Shown here piece after piece: positions 33,401 to 40,855 of a DNA stretch of 64,000 bases. A model generated the notes under the pieces. It was not told where the DNA came from and searched no databases. It was given only the letters and a program-made list of their open reading frames with translations. The translations under genes and the position numbers were made by a program. This DNA is from Candidatus Eiseniibacteriota bacterium (GTDB lineage: Bacteria; Eisenbacteria; RBG-16-71-46; SZUA-252), in contig CAVUEC010000003.1 in NCBI GenBank assembly GCA_963740415.1, positions 116,588-180,587 of the forward strand. The letters are read 5' to 3'. Positions within the stretch are counted from its first letter, which is position 1. The number at the start of each line of letters is the position of its first letter.

Positions 33401-33498
33401 GTCGTTCCCGCCCAGGCCTTGCCCGAGAAAATAAAAAAGGCGCTCGCCACGAATAAAGTGGCGACGCCAAACCCCCGCCGCATCCGAGGTCGCGTCAT
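30478..33498 (-). CDS. TonB-dependent outer-membrane receptor with N-terminal carboxypeptidase-regulatory-like domain
   Basis: Signal peptide, a CarboxypepD_reg block (GISGTIHDAATSEPIGLASVTI...GKYTVRVALLGYVPQ), a plug domain, a 22-strand barrel, and the C-terminal RFGARLSF. Confidence 0.8.
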   Translation of the reverse strand: MTRPRMRRGFGVATLFVASAFFIFSGKAWAGTTGGISGTIHDAATSEPIGLASVTIPELKRGATTDDKGNYFILNLPPGKYTVRVALLGYVPQVREGIEVFPDFNSKLEFSMQPTVLTDVAPVEITAERPLIQKDVTTTTKFLAGEEIKNQPLRGYQDAVAQQSGVVNFKLNIDNEAQNNNTLIIRGGRPNEVAYYVDGFSQQDPLTGVSTTAINNDAVDEVVVQAGGFNAEYGRINSGVINVVTREGADRYFGSIEGVTDNLSGDWNNAPALDNNIYALSVGGPLTPNMKNITFYLSGERQYNRDRQASTITQDIADPSQPGLYENGILPSNSSDSWSGIGKISWKPSPLKTFKLGGTYNTDNWQQYVNAYRFDLNHAPRYQDKNWSVYGNWNHSLNDRSYYELKANVFTTERTRGDGVYFDNLLGYSRPNGNPLFDQNEAIFWYGDQDPQTAHVFDDFLKRSSNYVGFAADYATQLSKSLQLKAGGDYQRHTLRYYDHYFPTQLYGEEFSDDDGNHAYTAGEPFTDANGNGQWDADYVSNTRDVDHYGYDALGNKLDGGDSFQDLNGNGSYDAGEPFTDSNGNGIYDDPLDGPKHPKAASLYVQGKYENLGLVINGGLRWDYLTPATEALRSDTRPLDPDGVNDSRLQEGDLEESKVYNKISPRLGVGFPVSDQTLVHVNYGKFFQQPNLQDLYVSYAFLEHKIRTGGYFVGFGNPNLKPEQTTAYELGIQHTPTERSKIEVVAYYKDVKDLVEITNIPSTPNSFSSYQNRDFATIKGVDLGYTMRRSGYISMSANYSLSWANGTGSVSQSQRNIAWTASEPPKMSSPLAFDQRHKLSMNFDFRYGKGQGPTWWGSKMLENAGLNVLFNLASGTPYTPTKVYNEVTLAAVAVEPTGQLNSRYGPWTYQVDAKLGKTVGVKGQNLDLYVWVLNILDRDNINAVYTSTGSATTTNFLNTPDGQAYLATNAGTYGEDGALRRYQLGELDPTLHGIPRQVRFGARLSF

Positions 33499-33782
33499 GA
33501 TCCGCTCTCCCATCCTCTGCTGTGGAAGCGCCATTTTGAGGGTCACTCCATCCATGAGTGATCGTGCCCAAGCATCCCGTCGCCCCTTGCCGGCTCATCC
33601 TGACCCGGCCCCTGCGGGCTGGTTCTTGGTCCCTCTATCGGCGGCTCTCCACGCGTTCCGGCTTTATTTCTTTAGTTCGTCCCCCATCACTGGCCCACAC
33701 CGTTTCGCGGCCATCTGGCCGCGACGCCTCTACTCCATTAACGCTAGAAGGGTCCCAACCGGGCTGTCAACTGTTTTTGGCG

Positions 33783-33820
33783 GAAAAAATGGGCCGCCCG
33801 GCGGAGTCGCCGGACGGCCC
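33783..33820 (-). terminator. Rho-independent terminator downstream of the 33868 beta-barrel gene
   Basis: On the minus strand, a 13-bp GC-rich stem (gggccgtccggcg/cgccgggcggccc, one mismatch) with a 4-nt loop, followed immediately by AUUUUUUCC. Confidence 0.5.
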
Positions 33821-33867
33821 GGAGGCCTGGTAGGGAACCCCCGATGGGGCCCCCTATCGCCTTGGTT

Positions 33868-35181
33868 TTAGAAGTGGTACGTGCCCGAGACGCGCGTGAA
33901 GGGCGTCGCCGGGTCGCCCGACATGAGCCAGCCGCCCGAAAGCGGGAAGGCCTCGTTGAGCGTCATGTCGATGTCCAGATTGTGGAACTTGATCCCCGAC
34001 CCCAGGCTGAACTGGAAGTCCGAGGTCTTTTCCTTCTCCGTCACGTTGAACGCCGGCGCGCCGAAGTCGTCCTGCTTTTCCTCCGTGTTAAACATGGCCT
34101 TGGTCGCGCCCATGCGAATCGTGAGCCACGACGTGGCGTCCGTCTCCAGCGAGAGGAGGAAGAGCGGGAACATCGTGTTCGTGAACTCGTCCTTCTTGAT
34201 GTCCGTCACGGCGCCGCCGGTGTTGGCGTCCGTGCGCTCGAACGAGCTCTTCTGCTGCCAGGCGGCCACGCCGAAAATCAACAAATTGTTGTCGTTCACC
34301 CGCATGTTGTGCGAGATCCCGAGGCCGATGTTCTTGTAGGTCTCGTCGACGGCGCGGGGTCCCAGACCGGCGACGTTGTTGACTTCATAGCTGAGATCGT
34401 CGTTCACGTACCAGAATGCGGGGACCCAGGTCGCGCGATCGCCATCGTGGAGAAACGCGCGCGCCGAGATCCCGTACGACGGGTTGCCCTGGTCCTTCCA
34501 CTCCTCGCCCGCCACGCCGCCCGTCGAGGTGTTTCGGTCGAGCGAGTAGGTCCGGAATGTGAGGGCCGCTTCGATGCGGTTGTCGTTCTTCATGTGGAGC
34601 GCCACCGCGGGGGTGATCCCCATGGTGTTGATCTCCACGCCGGTCCCGGCGATCGCGTTGGCGCCGAACACGCCGAACGGATACGGATCGGCCGGGAGGA
34701 ATCCGGAGCCGTGGGCCTCGAAGTGAAGAGGCGTGCTGTCGTCGTGCTCGAACGACGAGTTGGTCATGTCAAAGCGGATCGCGAGGTCCAGCTTCGAAAG
34801 CGCACGACCGTAGATGATGTCGATCTGCTCGTGGGTCAGATTGTTCGGAAATTGGGAATTGAGCGCGTTCTGCTTCATCTGATAGGCGATGGAGCCGAAC
34901 TTGGGGAAATTCTTGATGATGGTGAGGCTTTGGTCAGCGAACGTCACCGGGTCCACGGCCCCGCCGGGGTTGTTCCCCACTTCGGCAAGGACGAGGTTGT
35001 TCTGGCGGACGACCGACGTCGGGAAGAAGAAGATGTTGGCGTAGTCATCCGTGAACTGGCTCAGGGTGGGCGTACCCAGCCCCATGCCCTCGACGCGGGA
35101 CAACGAAGCCTGGCTCACGCCGGCCGAAACGGCCAGGAGAGCCACCACACCGAAAACAGCAATCAGCTTGCGCTGAAACAT
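33868..35181 (-). CDS. Hypothetical outer-membrane beta-barrel protein
   Basis: Signal peptide MFQRKLIAVFGVVALLAVSAGVSQA, amphipathic strand pattern, and a C-terminal ...RVSGTYHF (terminal Phe). Located between fur and the TonB-dependent receptor. Confidence 0.5.
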   Translation of the reverse strand: MFQRKLIAVFGVVALLAVSAGVSQASLSRVEGMGLGTPTLSQFTDDYANIFFFPTSVVRQNNLVLAEVGNNPGGAVDPVTFADQSLTIIKNFPKFGSIAYQMKQNALNSQFPNNLTHEQIDIIYGRALSKLDLAIRFDMTNSSFEHDDSTPLHFEAHGSGFLPADPYPFGVFGANAIAGTGVEINTMGITPAVALHMKNDNRIEAALTFRTYSLDRNTSTGGVAGEEWKDQGNPSYGISARAFLHDGDRATWVPAFWYVNDDLSYEVNNVAGLGPRAVDETYKNIGLGISHNMRVNDNNLLIFGVAAWQQKSSFERTDANTGGAVTDIKKDEFTNTMFPLFLLSLETDATSWLTIRMGATKAMFNTEEKQDDFGAPAFNVTEKEKTSDFQFSLGSGIKFHNLDIDMTLNEAFPLSGGWLMSGDPATPFTRVSGTYHF

Positions 35182-35467
35182 CTGGTTTTGCCTCCTTGTT
35201 TTGGACCCCGGACCATCCAGGGTCCGATGCCCGAGTCGTCTGCGCACTATGTTGGATACCGACTCGGGGAGATCCTATGGAGCAGCTCCTGCTCTTTGGA
35301 CCTGGTTCCCCACCCCCTTTCAGTTGAATTCCTGTCGGAATCGACCGTTCAAGGCCAAGCCGTACAACTCGTTTCGTCGTAACATTTGGGTTGGGCACTC
35401 CCCAAAATTCCGGCGCAACATAGGCGTCCGATTTGGGGTGTGTCAAACAAAAATTTCGAGGATCAGC

Positions 35468-35492
35468 TGTAAGTTAATTGGTTACAGCTACT
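35468..35492. promoter_or_regulatory. 8-bp perfect inverted repeat AGCTGTAA-N9-TTACAGCT, 25 nt downstream of the fur stop; it may be a weak terminator or a regulator binding site
   Basis: Direct reading of agctgtaagttaattggttacagct. An AT-rich stretch and U-rich tract follow on the minus strand. Confidence 0.3.
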
Positions 35493-35516
35493 TATGAGGA
35501 CGGACCCCGGAAGGAT

Positions 35517-35987
35517 CTAGCTTCGGCGGCCGGACCGGCATCGGGCGCAGAGTCCCCGGATCCGCAAAACGAACTCTTCAGGGGTAAACGAGGCCTTTCC
35601 GGCCGCGTCCGCGAGCGCCCGCGTCAGCGCGGCATCGGTAACCTCTTGAACGGAGCCACATCGCCGGCAGACAAGGTGGTGGTGCGGATCGTTGGGGCGG
35701 GCCAGCTCGTAATGGAGAGTGCCCTCGACCAGCTGGACCCGGCGCAGGATTCCGCCACCCTGAAGAAGGGCGAGCGTGCGGTAAATCGTGGCCCTGGACA
35801 GCCTCCGCCCCTGCCCCTTCAAGCGAAGTCGGAGCGTCTCCGCGTCAAAGTGGCCTGGCGCATCGAGTATCGCCTGCACGATCACTTTGCGGGGTCCGGT
35901 GGCCCGGAGCTTGTGCGTGGCGAGGAAATCGGACCAGCGCGTCAGCGCGCCGGCCGGCTCACTCGGATTGGGTGCGGTTGGGGTCAA
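35517..35987 (-). CDS. fur: Fur family transcriptional regulator (ferric/zinc uptake regulator)
   Basis: Winged-helix N-terminus, metal-site motifs HHHLVCRRCGSVQEV and C..C. 156 aa. Confidence 0.8.
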   Translation of the reverse strand: MTPTAPNPSEPAGALTRWSDFLATHKLRATGPRKVIVQAILDAPGHFDAETLRLRLKGQGRRLSRATIYRTLALLQGGGILRRVQLVEGTLHYELARPNDPHHHLVCRRCGSVQEVTDAALTRALADAAGKASFTPEEFVLRIRGLCARCRSGRRS

Positions 35988-37332
35988 GCTCGTAGCGGCC
36001 GAAGCCGTCCCGGTCCACGAAGTAGTAGGTCTTGCGATCTTGATAGTAGTACCAGATCTCCTCCGGTGGGCCGTCGAACCGGAACGGGTTGCGGACGACC
36101 TCGTCGGGCTGCCCGTTCTGGATGTAGATGCGCCCCATGTCGGTCTTCCACCCCGCGCTGCCGGACGAGAAGTGCTGATCGGCGTAGCGAACCCTCTGGT
36201 AGAACTTGTCCCTCAACTCGTTCTCGGGCGTCTCGGGGCTGGGATCCCGCCGCTTCCAGAATGTATCCCAGAAGTCCCGCTTCTCCTCCTCGGTCTTGAG
36301 ATGATCCATCTGGTCCTTCTCCGAATCGGTCGCGATGTACCGGAGAACTTCCAGTGTGGTCCGGGGGTCGATGGCCGCCGTTGCGGCGCTCTGCTCCACC
36401 GTGAATTCCTTTTCGCGGCGAATCGGGGCGGCCTTCTTCTTTCCCTTCGAGGGCGAGAGTGGGCTCAGGAGATCGAGGATGAAACGGTACGTGCCGGCGT
36501 TGAGCGTTCCGGCCTTGGGCCGGATCACGAAGCGGGTCCGGGTTCCGAGCCGCGCGATCGTCGTATCGGCCACGAAGACGTTGGGCTCGTAGTCGCTCGC
36601 GATGCGGTACCGAAGGGCGTAGGTCGAATCGGGGGCGCCCGACTTCCGGTTGTCCACGATCTCTCCCATGGCCACCAGCCTCACGACGTCGTCCGCGAAC
36701 TGGCGGGACGGCCTGGACTCGATTGCCGTGGTGTCCTGAGGGCTCAGCAAAGAATCCGGACGCAGCGCTCCCAGAGTGAGGTCCGTGATCCAGACATCCC
36801 CCGCGACCCCCGGAACTTCGACGACGACCATGGTCCCGGAGGTTCGCTCCGCCGTCAGATCGGTGAGCAGAATCTCGGCGTGGTACCTCCCCGCCGGCAG
36901 CCGGAACGAGATGTGATCGAACAGATCGATGCCCTGGACGTGCGTGTCGCCGTAGCGCGGAACTTGAAGCTCCTTTGAGACGGCGTCCCCCGCCACCTGC
37001 TGTTTCCCCTTTTCCTTGGTGAAGATGACGCGGATCTCGTAGGCGGCGTGGTAGCCGTCGGGCCTCCGCTCGAAGAGAAGCTCGCTCCGGGGGAAGCGAT
37101 AGTCCACCCGGACCTCGGGTGCGCCCGAGTCCCCGGGCTGAATCGTGGCGTCCGAGGAGAAGCGGGGGCGCGAAACGCTGATGCCCGGCGTCGGGACCTC
37201 GGGTTGCGAAGGCGGATTGGGGCTCGGGTACTGCGCCCTCGCGGCGGGCCCCATGAAGAGGACCGCCGCCGTGAAGACAGCGAACGCCGGGCGGAGAACC
37301 GCCTTACCGAACAAGAACGATCTGGCGCGCAT
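35959..37332 (-). CDS. GWxTD domain-containing secreted protein
   Basis: Signal peptide MRARSFLFGKAVLRPAFAVFTAAVLFMGPAARA. C-terminal GWKTDMGRIYIQNGQPDEV...YYFVDRDGFGRY matches the GWxTD signature. Confidence 0.7.
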   Translation of the reverse strand: MRARSFLFGKAVLRPAFAVFTAAVLFMGPAARAQYPSPNPPSQPEVPTPGISVSRPRFSSDATIQPGDSGAPEVRVDYRFPRSELLFERRPDGYHAAYEIRVIFTKEKGKQQVAGDAVSKELQVPRYGDTHVQGIDLFDHISFRLPAGRYHAEILLTDLTAERTSGTMVVVEVPGVAGDVWITDLTLGALRPDSLLSPQDTTAIESRPSRQFADDVVRLVAMGEIVDNRKSGAPDSTYALRYRIASDYEPNVFVADTTIARLGTRTRFVIRPKAGTLNAGTYRFILDLLSPLSPSKGKKKAAPIRREKEFTVEQSAATAAIDPRTTLEVLRYIATDSEKDQMDHLKTEEEKRDFWDTFWKRRDPSPETPENELRDKFYQRVRYADQHFSSGSAGWKTDMGRIYIQNGQPDEVVRNPFRFDGPPEEIWYYYQDRKTYYFVDRDGFGRYELDPNRTQSE

Positions 37333-39856
37333 CGTCGATTCCCAGTCCGTTGATCCTGACGAAATAAACACCGGTTGCCGCGGGTCGTCCCCGCGCGTCG
37401 CGCCCGTCCCAGGAGACGCTCCCGAACCCGCCGCCCGCCGGCGCGGCTACAGCCGTACGGAAGACCAGCCTCCCCGAGACGTCGTGCACGGTCACGTCGA
37501 TCGATCCGCCGGTGCCCCCGATCACGCGAAACGGAATGGTGAGGAGGAGCCCCGTCTGCGGCGTGTAGGGGTTGGGGTACGCGCGGCCCACGTCGCCGGT
37601 CGACGGCACGAAGAGCGAGCCCTCGGCCACCTTGATTTCGCTGCCGTCGGCGAGAAACGCCTCGAGCCGGTACCGGTACGTCGCCCCCGGAGTCAGCGCC
37701 GCATCGGTCGTCCCGGTCGCGCTCGCGGGCAGGAGCGCGCCGTTGATGCGGGTTCCGGTGGGGTCTGTCGTCCCCGGCGGCACCGGCATCAGATCCCTGT
37801 AGAGATTAAGCCCCACAAGCCCGGGAAGGGAGACGGCGCTCCACTGAATGTTGGCGAGCGGCGCCACGAGGCCGGGGTCGTACTGAACGGTCAGGGCGGG
37901 AACCGTGGTCGCCGCCGGACTCACTGTGTATCGCTCGAGCGCGAGCCCCGTCGCGACGAGCAGCGTGTCGCCGATCCAGGCTCCGTCGCGACACGAGCCC
38001 GCCACGCCGATCGGCCCTCGAAGCTGGGGCGAGGACGGATTGGCGAGATCCACGACGAGCGCTCCCAGGTCTCCGGCGAAGAGGATGGCCGAATTCCCCG
38101 AATGGGCGACGCCCAAAGGCACCGGCGTGGCCACCTGGGACGCGAGGACGGGGGTCGCGGGCCGGAAGATGTCGACCACCTGAAGCCCGGTGGACGCCGC
38201 GATCAGGAGCAGATCGCCGGAGCGGTCGAGATCCTGCGCCGGCGTGCCGGAGAAGGTCCCGATGATCGTCGGCGCGTCCGGATTGCCGAAGCCGATCGAG
38301 AGAAGGCCGACCGAGGCGTCGGCAACGTAGGCGACCGTATCCTTGACCGCGAGGGCCCGCGGATCCACAACCGGATTCCCGATCTGACCGCGCGCCGCGG
38401 GAAGGGACGGTGCTGCCACATCGACGAACGTGATGCCGGCCCCCACGTTTCCGCGCCGCGCGACCACCACGAGGCTGGAATCGACAACCGCAACGGCGCT
38501 GGTCAACCCGGGCAGGGCGAGCGAGCCCAGGAGCGAGGGCGCCGCGGGATTCGAGACGTCGACGATCTGGAGGCCCTGGCTGCCCGCAGCGAGGTACGCC
38601 CGACCGTGCGCGGCGTCGATGGCGACGTCGACCACCGCGGTGTTCGGCCCGAACGCCAGGGCGCCAACGAGGCTGCTGTCCGCGCCCCCGGCCCGGTAGA
38701 TCCGGAGCCCGCCCGTGTAGTCGGCGACGTAGGCGTAGCCGCCGCTCCACGCGGCGCGCCGCGTGCGTCCCGTGCCCCCCAGGTCCGAAATCGGGAGCGT
38801 CGCGTTCAGATCCCGAAGCTCGATCGCGCCCTGCGCCACCTCGTCCGGCTCTTGCGCCGAGGCGACGTCCTGCACGGAGATCACCACCCGGCTTCCCGAG
38901 AGCGCGACGTGGATCGGCTCCAGCGGGAGCGATTCGAACGTGGGATTCCCGAGGAGCTCGCCCGAGGCGCCCGATCGCCGGATCTTCGCGTAGGTGCCCG
39001 CCTGCGCCGCGGCGACCACGAGCGAGTCGTCGGCGTCGACCGAGCGCACGAACTTCCCGAAACCGAACGTGTCGGTGACCACGGCGCCAGGCACGTTGGC
39101 CGCCAGGACCCCGGCGTTTCCGATGGCGATGAACGCGTAGTCGCCGACCCATGCCAGCCCGGTGGGCGTTTGGAGTGGGACCTGAAGCTCGCGGAGCGAC
39201 TCCGGCTGGGACGAGTTTGCCCGAAGCCGGTAGAGCGTGAGGAAGAGCCTTGGCACCGGATTCGCGCGGGCGCTCACGACCAGGAACGAGTCCGAGCGCG
39301 CGACGATCCCGCGCACCTCGCGCGCGTCCGCGAAGTGGATCGTGGAGACCAGCGACATCGCGCCCGGCGCCGAGCGGGCGAGGAAGTGGAGTTCCGACCC
39401 GGACGCCGCGACCAACCCGTACCCGTTCGGGGACGCGGCGCCGAGGGTCACGTCACCCAGGCCGTCGAACGAGCCGATGGCCGAGGGTGCCGTGGGGTTG
39501 GTGATGTCGACGGCCACGATCCCTCGCGTGCCCGCGAAGAGGTACGCGGTCGAGGCGTCCACCGTCATCGCGTTCACGACGCCCGAAGTTCGGAAGGAAC
39601 CGGTGGGCTGGCTTCCGCCCAGCGCCGCGTCGCGGATCTCGAAACCCGAGCCCGTCGGAATCGCGTACGGCCCGGCGACGCCCGGAGGCGCGAGGCGGAC
39701 GGCCGCGCCATAGTTGGCCGAGATCGACGAAGGAATCCCGCGGGTCGCCACCACGTTGGGTCGGAGGGGCGCGGCGAACAGGATGGCGGGGAGGAGGCAG
39801 CCCCAGGCGAGGACCAGCGCCTGGATGCGCCCTCGCGTGGCGAAGGGGGAATTCAT
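37304..39856 (-). CDS. LVIVD-repeat beta-propeller surface protein with T9SS-type C-terminal sorting domain
   Basis: At least six LVIVD-like repeats (GLQIVDVSNPAAP, GLRIYRAGGADS, GLLSIGFGNPDAP, ...). C-terminus reads YPNPYTPQTGLLLTIPFRV...VTVHDVSGRLVFRT...WDGRDARGRPAATGVYFVRI. Confidence 0.7.
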   Translation of the reverse strand: MNSPFATRGRIQALVLAWGCLLPAILFAAPLRPNVVATRGIPSSISANYGAAVRLAPPGVAGPYAIPTGSGFEIRDAALGGSQPTGSFRTSGVVNAMTVDASTAYLFAGTRGIVAVDITNPTAPSAIGSFDGLGDVTLGAASPNGYGLVAASGSELHFLARSAPGAMSLVSTIHFADAREVRGIVARSDSFLVVSARANPVPRLFLTLYRLRANSSQPESLRELQVPLQTPTGLAWVGDYAFIAIGNAGVLAANVPGAVVTDTFGFGKFVRSVDADDSLVVAAAQAGTYAKIRRSGASGELLGNPTFESLPLEPIHVALSGSRVVISVQDVASAQEPDEVAQGAIELRDLNATLPISDLGGTGRTRRAAWSGGYAYVADYTGGLRIYRAGGADSSLVGALAFGPNTAVVDVAIDAAHGRAYLAAGSQGLQIVDVSNPAAPSLLGSLALPGLTSAVAVVDSSLVVVARRGNVGAGITFVDVAAPSLPAARGQIGNPVVDPRALAVKDTVAYVADASVGLLSIGFGNPDAPTIIGTFSGTPAQDLDRSGDLLLIAASTGLQVVDIFRPATPVLASQVATPVPLGVAHSGNSAILFAGDLGALVVDLANPSSPQLRGPIGVAGSCRDGAWIGDTLLVATGLALERYTVSPAATTVPALTVQYDPGLVAPLANIQWSAVSLPGLVGLNLYRDLMPVPPGTTDPTGTRINGALLPASATGTTDAALTPGATYRYRLEAFLADGSEIKVAEGSLFVPSTGDVGRAYPNPYTPQTGLLLTIPFRVIGGTGGSIDVTVHDVSGRLVFRTAVAAPAGGGFGSVSWDGRDARGRPAATGVYFVRINGLGIDDARQIVLVR

Positions 39857-39947
39857 CTAGGAGAACGCTATCACGCGGCGACGGAACCCCTCAAGGCGTA
39901 AGTCTTTCCGCTTGTTCGCGGTCGAGCCCCTCGCGTAGGTTCTGCCG

Positions 39948-40598
39948 GTGAATCTCCTGGACCGAATCGTCGCTCCCCTCGCCGCGTTCATCCTCGGAAC
40001 GATCTCCGCCCTGGGCTACGCCGGAATCGTGCTCTGCATGACGATCGAGAGCGCGTGCATCCCGCTCCCCAGCGAGATCATCATGCCCTTCTCCGGTTAC
40101 CTGGTGACGACCGGGCGTTTCACGCTCTGGGGCGTGGTCCTCGCCGGCGCGGTCGGAAACGTGCTCGGCTCGTGGATCGCCTATTGGCTGGGAATGAAGG
40201 GCGGGCGCCCGATGGCGGCGCAACTCGCCCGCTGGCGGATCATCCGCATCGAGGAATACGACCGGGCGGACGGGTGGCTGAAGCGGCACGGACTTCAGGT
40301 CGCGTTCTGGTCGCGGCTTGTCCCGATCGTGCGGACCTTCATTTCGTTCCCCGCAGGCGCGGCCCGGGTCCCCTTTGGGCGATTCACGCTGTACACGTTT
40401 CTCGGGTCTTTGCTCTGGACGCTGGCGCTCGCGTACGTGGGCGTCCTCTTCCGCGAACACTGGGAGAACATCCGTCACTACTGGCGGGGGCTGGACCTGG
40501 TGGTGGTCCTGGCACTCGTCGCGCTCTTCGCGGTTTGGCTCTACCATCACCTGCGCCCCGAACGCAGCACCCCGCCGGACGCGCCCAGTCACTCGTAG
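39948..40598 (+). CDS. dedA: DedA family membrane protein (VTT/SNARE-associated domain)
   Basis: ESACIPLPSEIIMPFSGYL...LVPIVRTFISFPAGAARVPFGRFTLYTFLGSLLW is the typical DedA core. Confidence 0.8.
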   Translation: MNLLDRIVAPLAAFILGTISALGYAGIVLCMTIESACIPLPSEIIMPFSGYLVTTGRFTLWGVVLAGAVGNVLGSWIAYWLGMKGGRPMAAQLARWRIIRIEEYDRADGWLKRHGLQVAFWSRLVPIVRTFISFPAGAARVPFGRFTLYTFLGSLLWTLALAYVGVLFREHWENIRHYWRGLDLVVVLALVALFAVWLYHHLRPERSTPPDAPSHS

Positions 40599-40629
40599 CG
40601 GCCCGCGGCGCACGCGCATCCTCCGAGCG

Positions 40630-40659
40630 TTGACGCTCGTGCGTTTGCAATGCTAGACT
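40630..40659 (+). promoter_or_regulatory. Putative promoter for the tRNA-Gln/tRNA-Glu pair (TTGACG-18-TAGACT)
   Basis: ttgacgctcgtgcgtttgcaatgctagact ends 11 nt before the tRNA-Gln 5' end. Confidence 0.3.
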
Positions 40660-40670
40660 CCGCAGCCCTT

Positions 40671-40744
40671 TGGGGGATCGTCCAGTGGTAGGACACGTGG
40701 CTCTGGACCACGGTACAGGGGTTCGAATCCTCTTCCCCCAGCCA
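40671..40744 (+). tRNA. tRNA-Gln (anticodon CUG), CCA encoded
   Basis: Hand-folded cloverleaf. The acceptor stem UGGGGGA/UCCCCCA is like E. coli tRNA-Gln. D-stem GUCC/GGAC, anticodon stem CGUGG/CCACG with loop CUCUGGA, T-arm AGGGG-UUCGAAU-CCUCU, discriminator G, then CCA. Confidence 0.85.
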
Positions 40745-40780
40745 ACAAACCAGCGTGCCACCACATAAAGCCGGCGGCGT

Positions 40781-40855
40781 GGCGCTATCGTCTAGGGGTC
40801 AGGACGGGTGGTTCTCAGCCATCAAACCGGGGTTCGAATCCCCGTAGCGCTACCA
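40781..40855 (+). tRNA. tRNA-Glu (anticodon CUC), CCA encoded
   Basis: Hand-folded. Acceptor stem GGCGCUA/UAGCGCU, D-arm UCGUCUAGGGGUCAGGAC like E. coli tRNA-Glu, anticodon loop UUCUCAG, T-arm CGGGG-UUCGAAU-CCCCG, discriminator A, then CCA. Confidence 0.85.

Noticed and set aside
30523-33456. 977-aa plus-strand ORF
   Set aside because: Shadow of the TonB-dependent receptor gene, which has a plug, barrel and terminal Phe on the minus strand.
33700-33780. Possible sigma70 promoter (TTGACA...) for the TonB-dependent receptor on the minus strand
   Set aside because: No acceptable -10 element at a 16-19 nt spacing. Too far (~280 nt) from the start to assign confidently.
37145-39901. 918-aa plus-strand ORF
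   Set aside because: Shadow of the LVIVD-repeat gene. Arg/Gly/Asp-rich.
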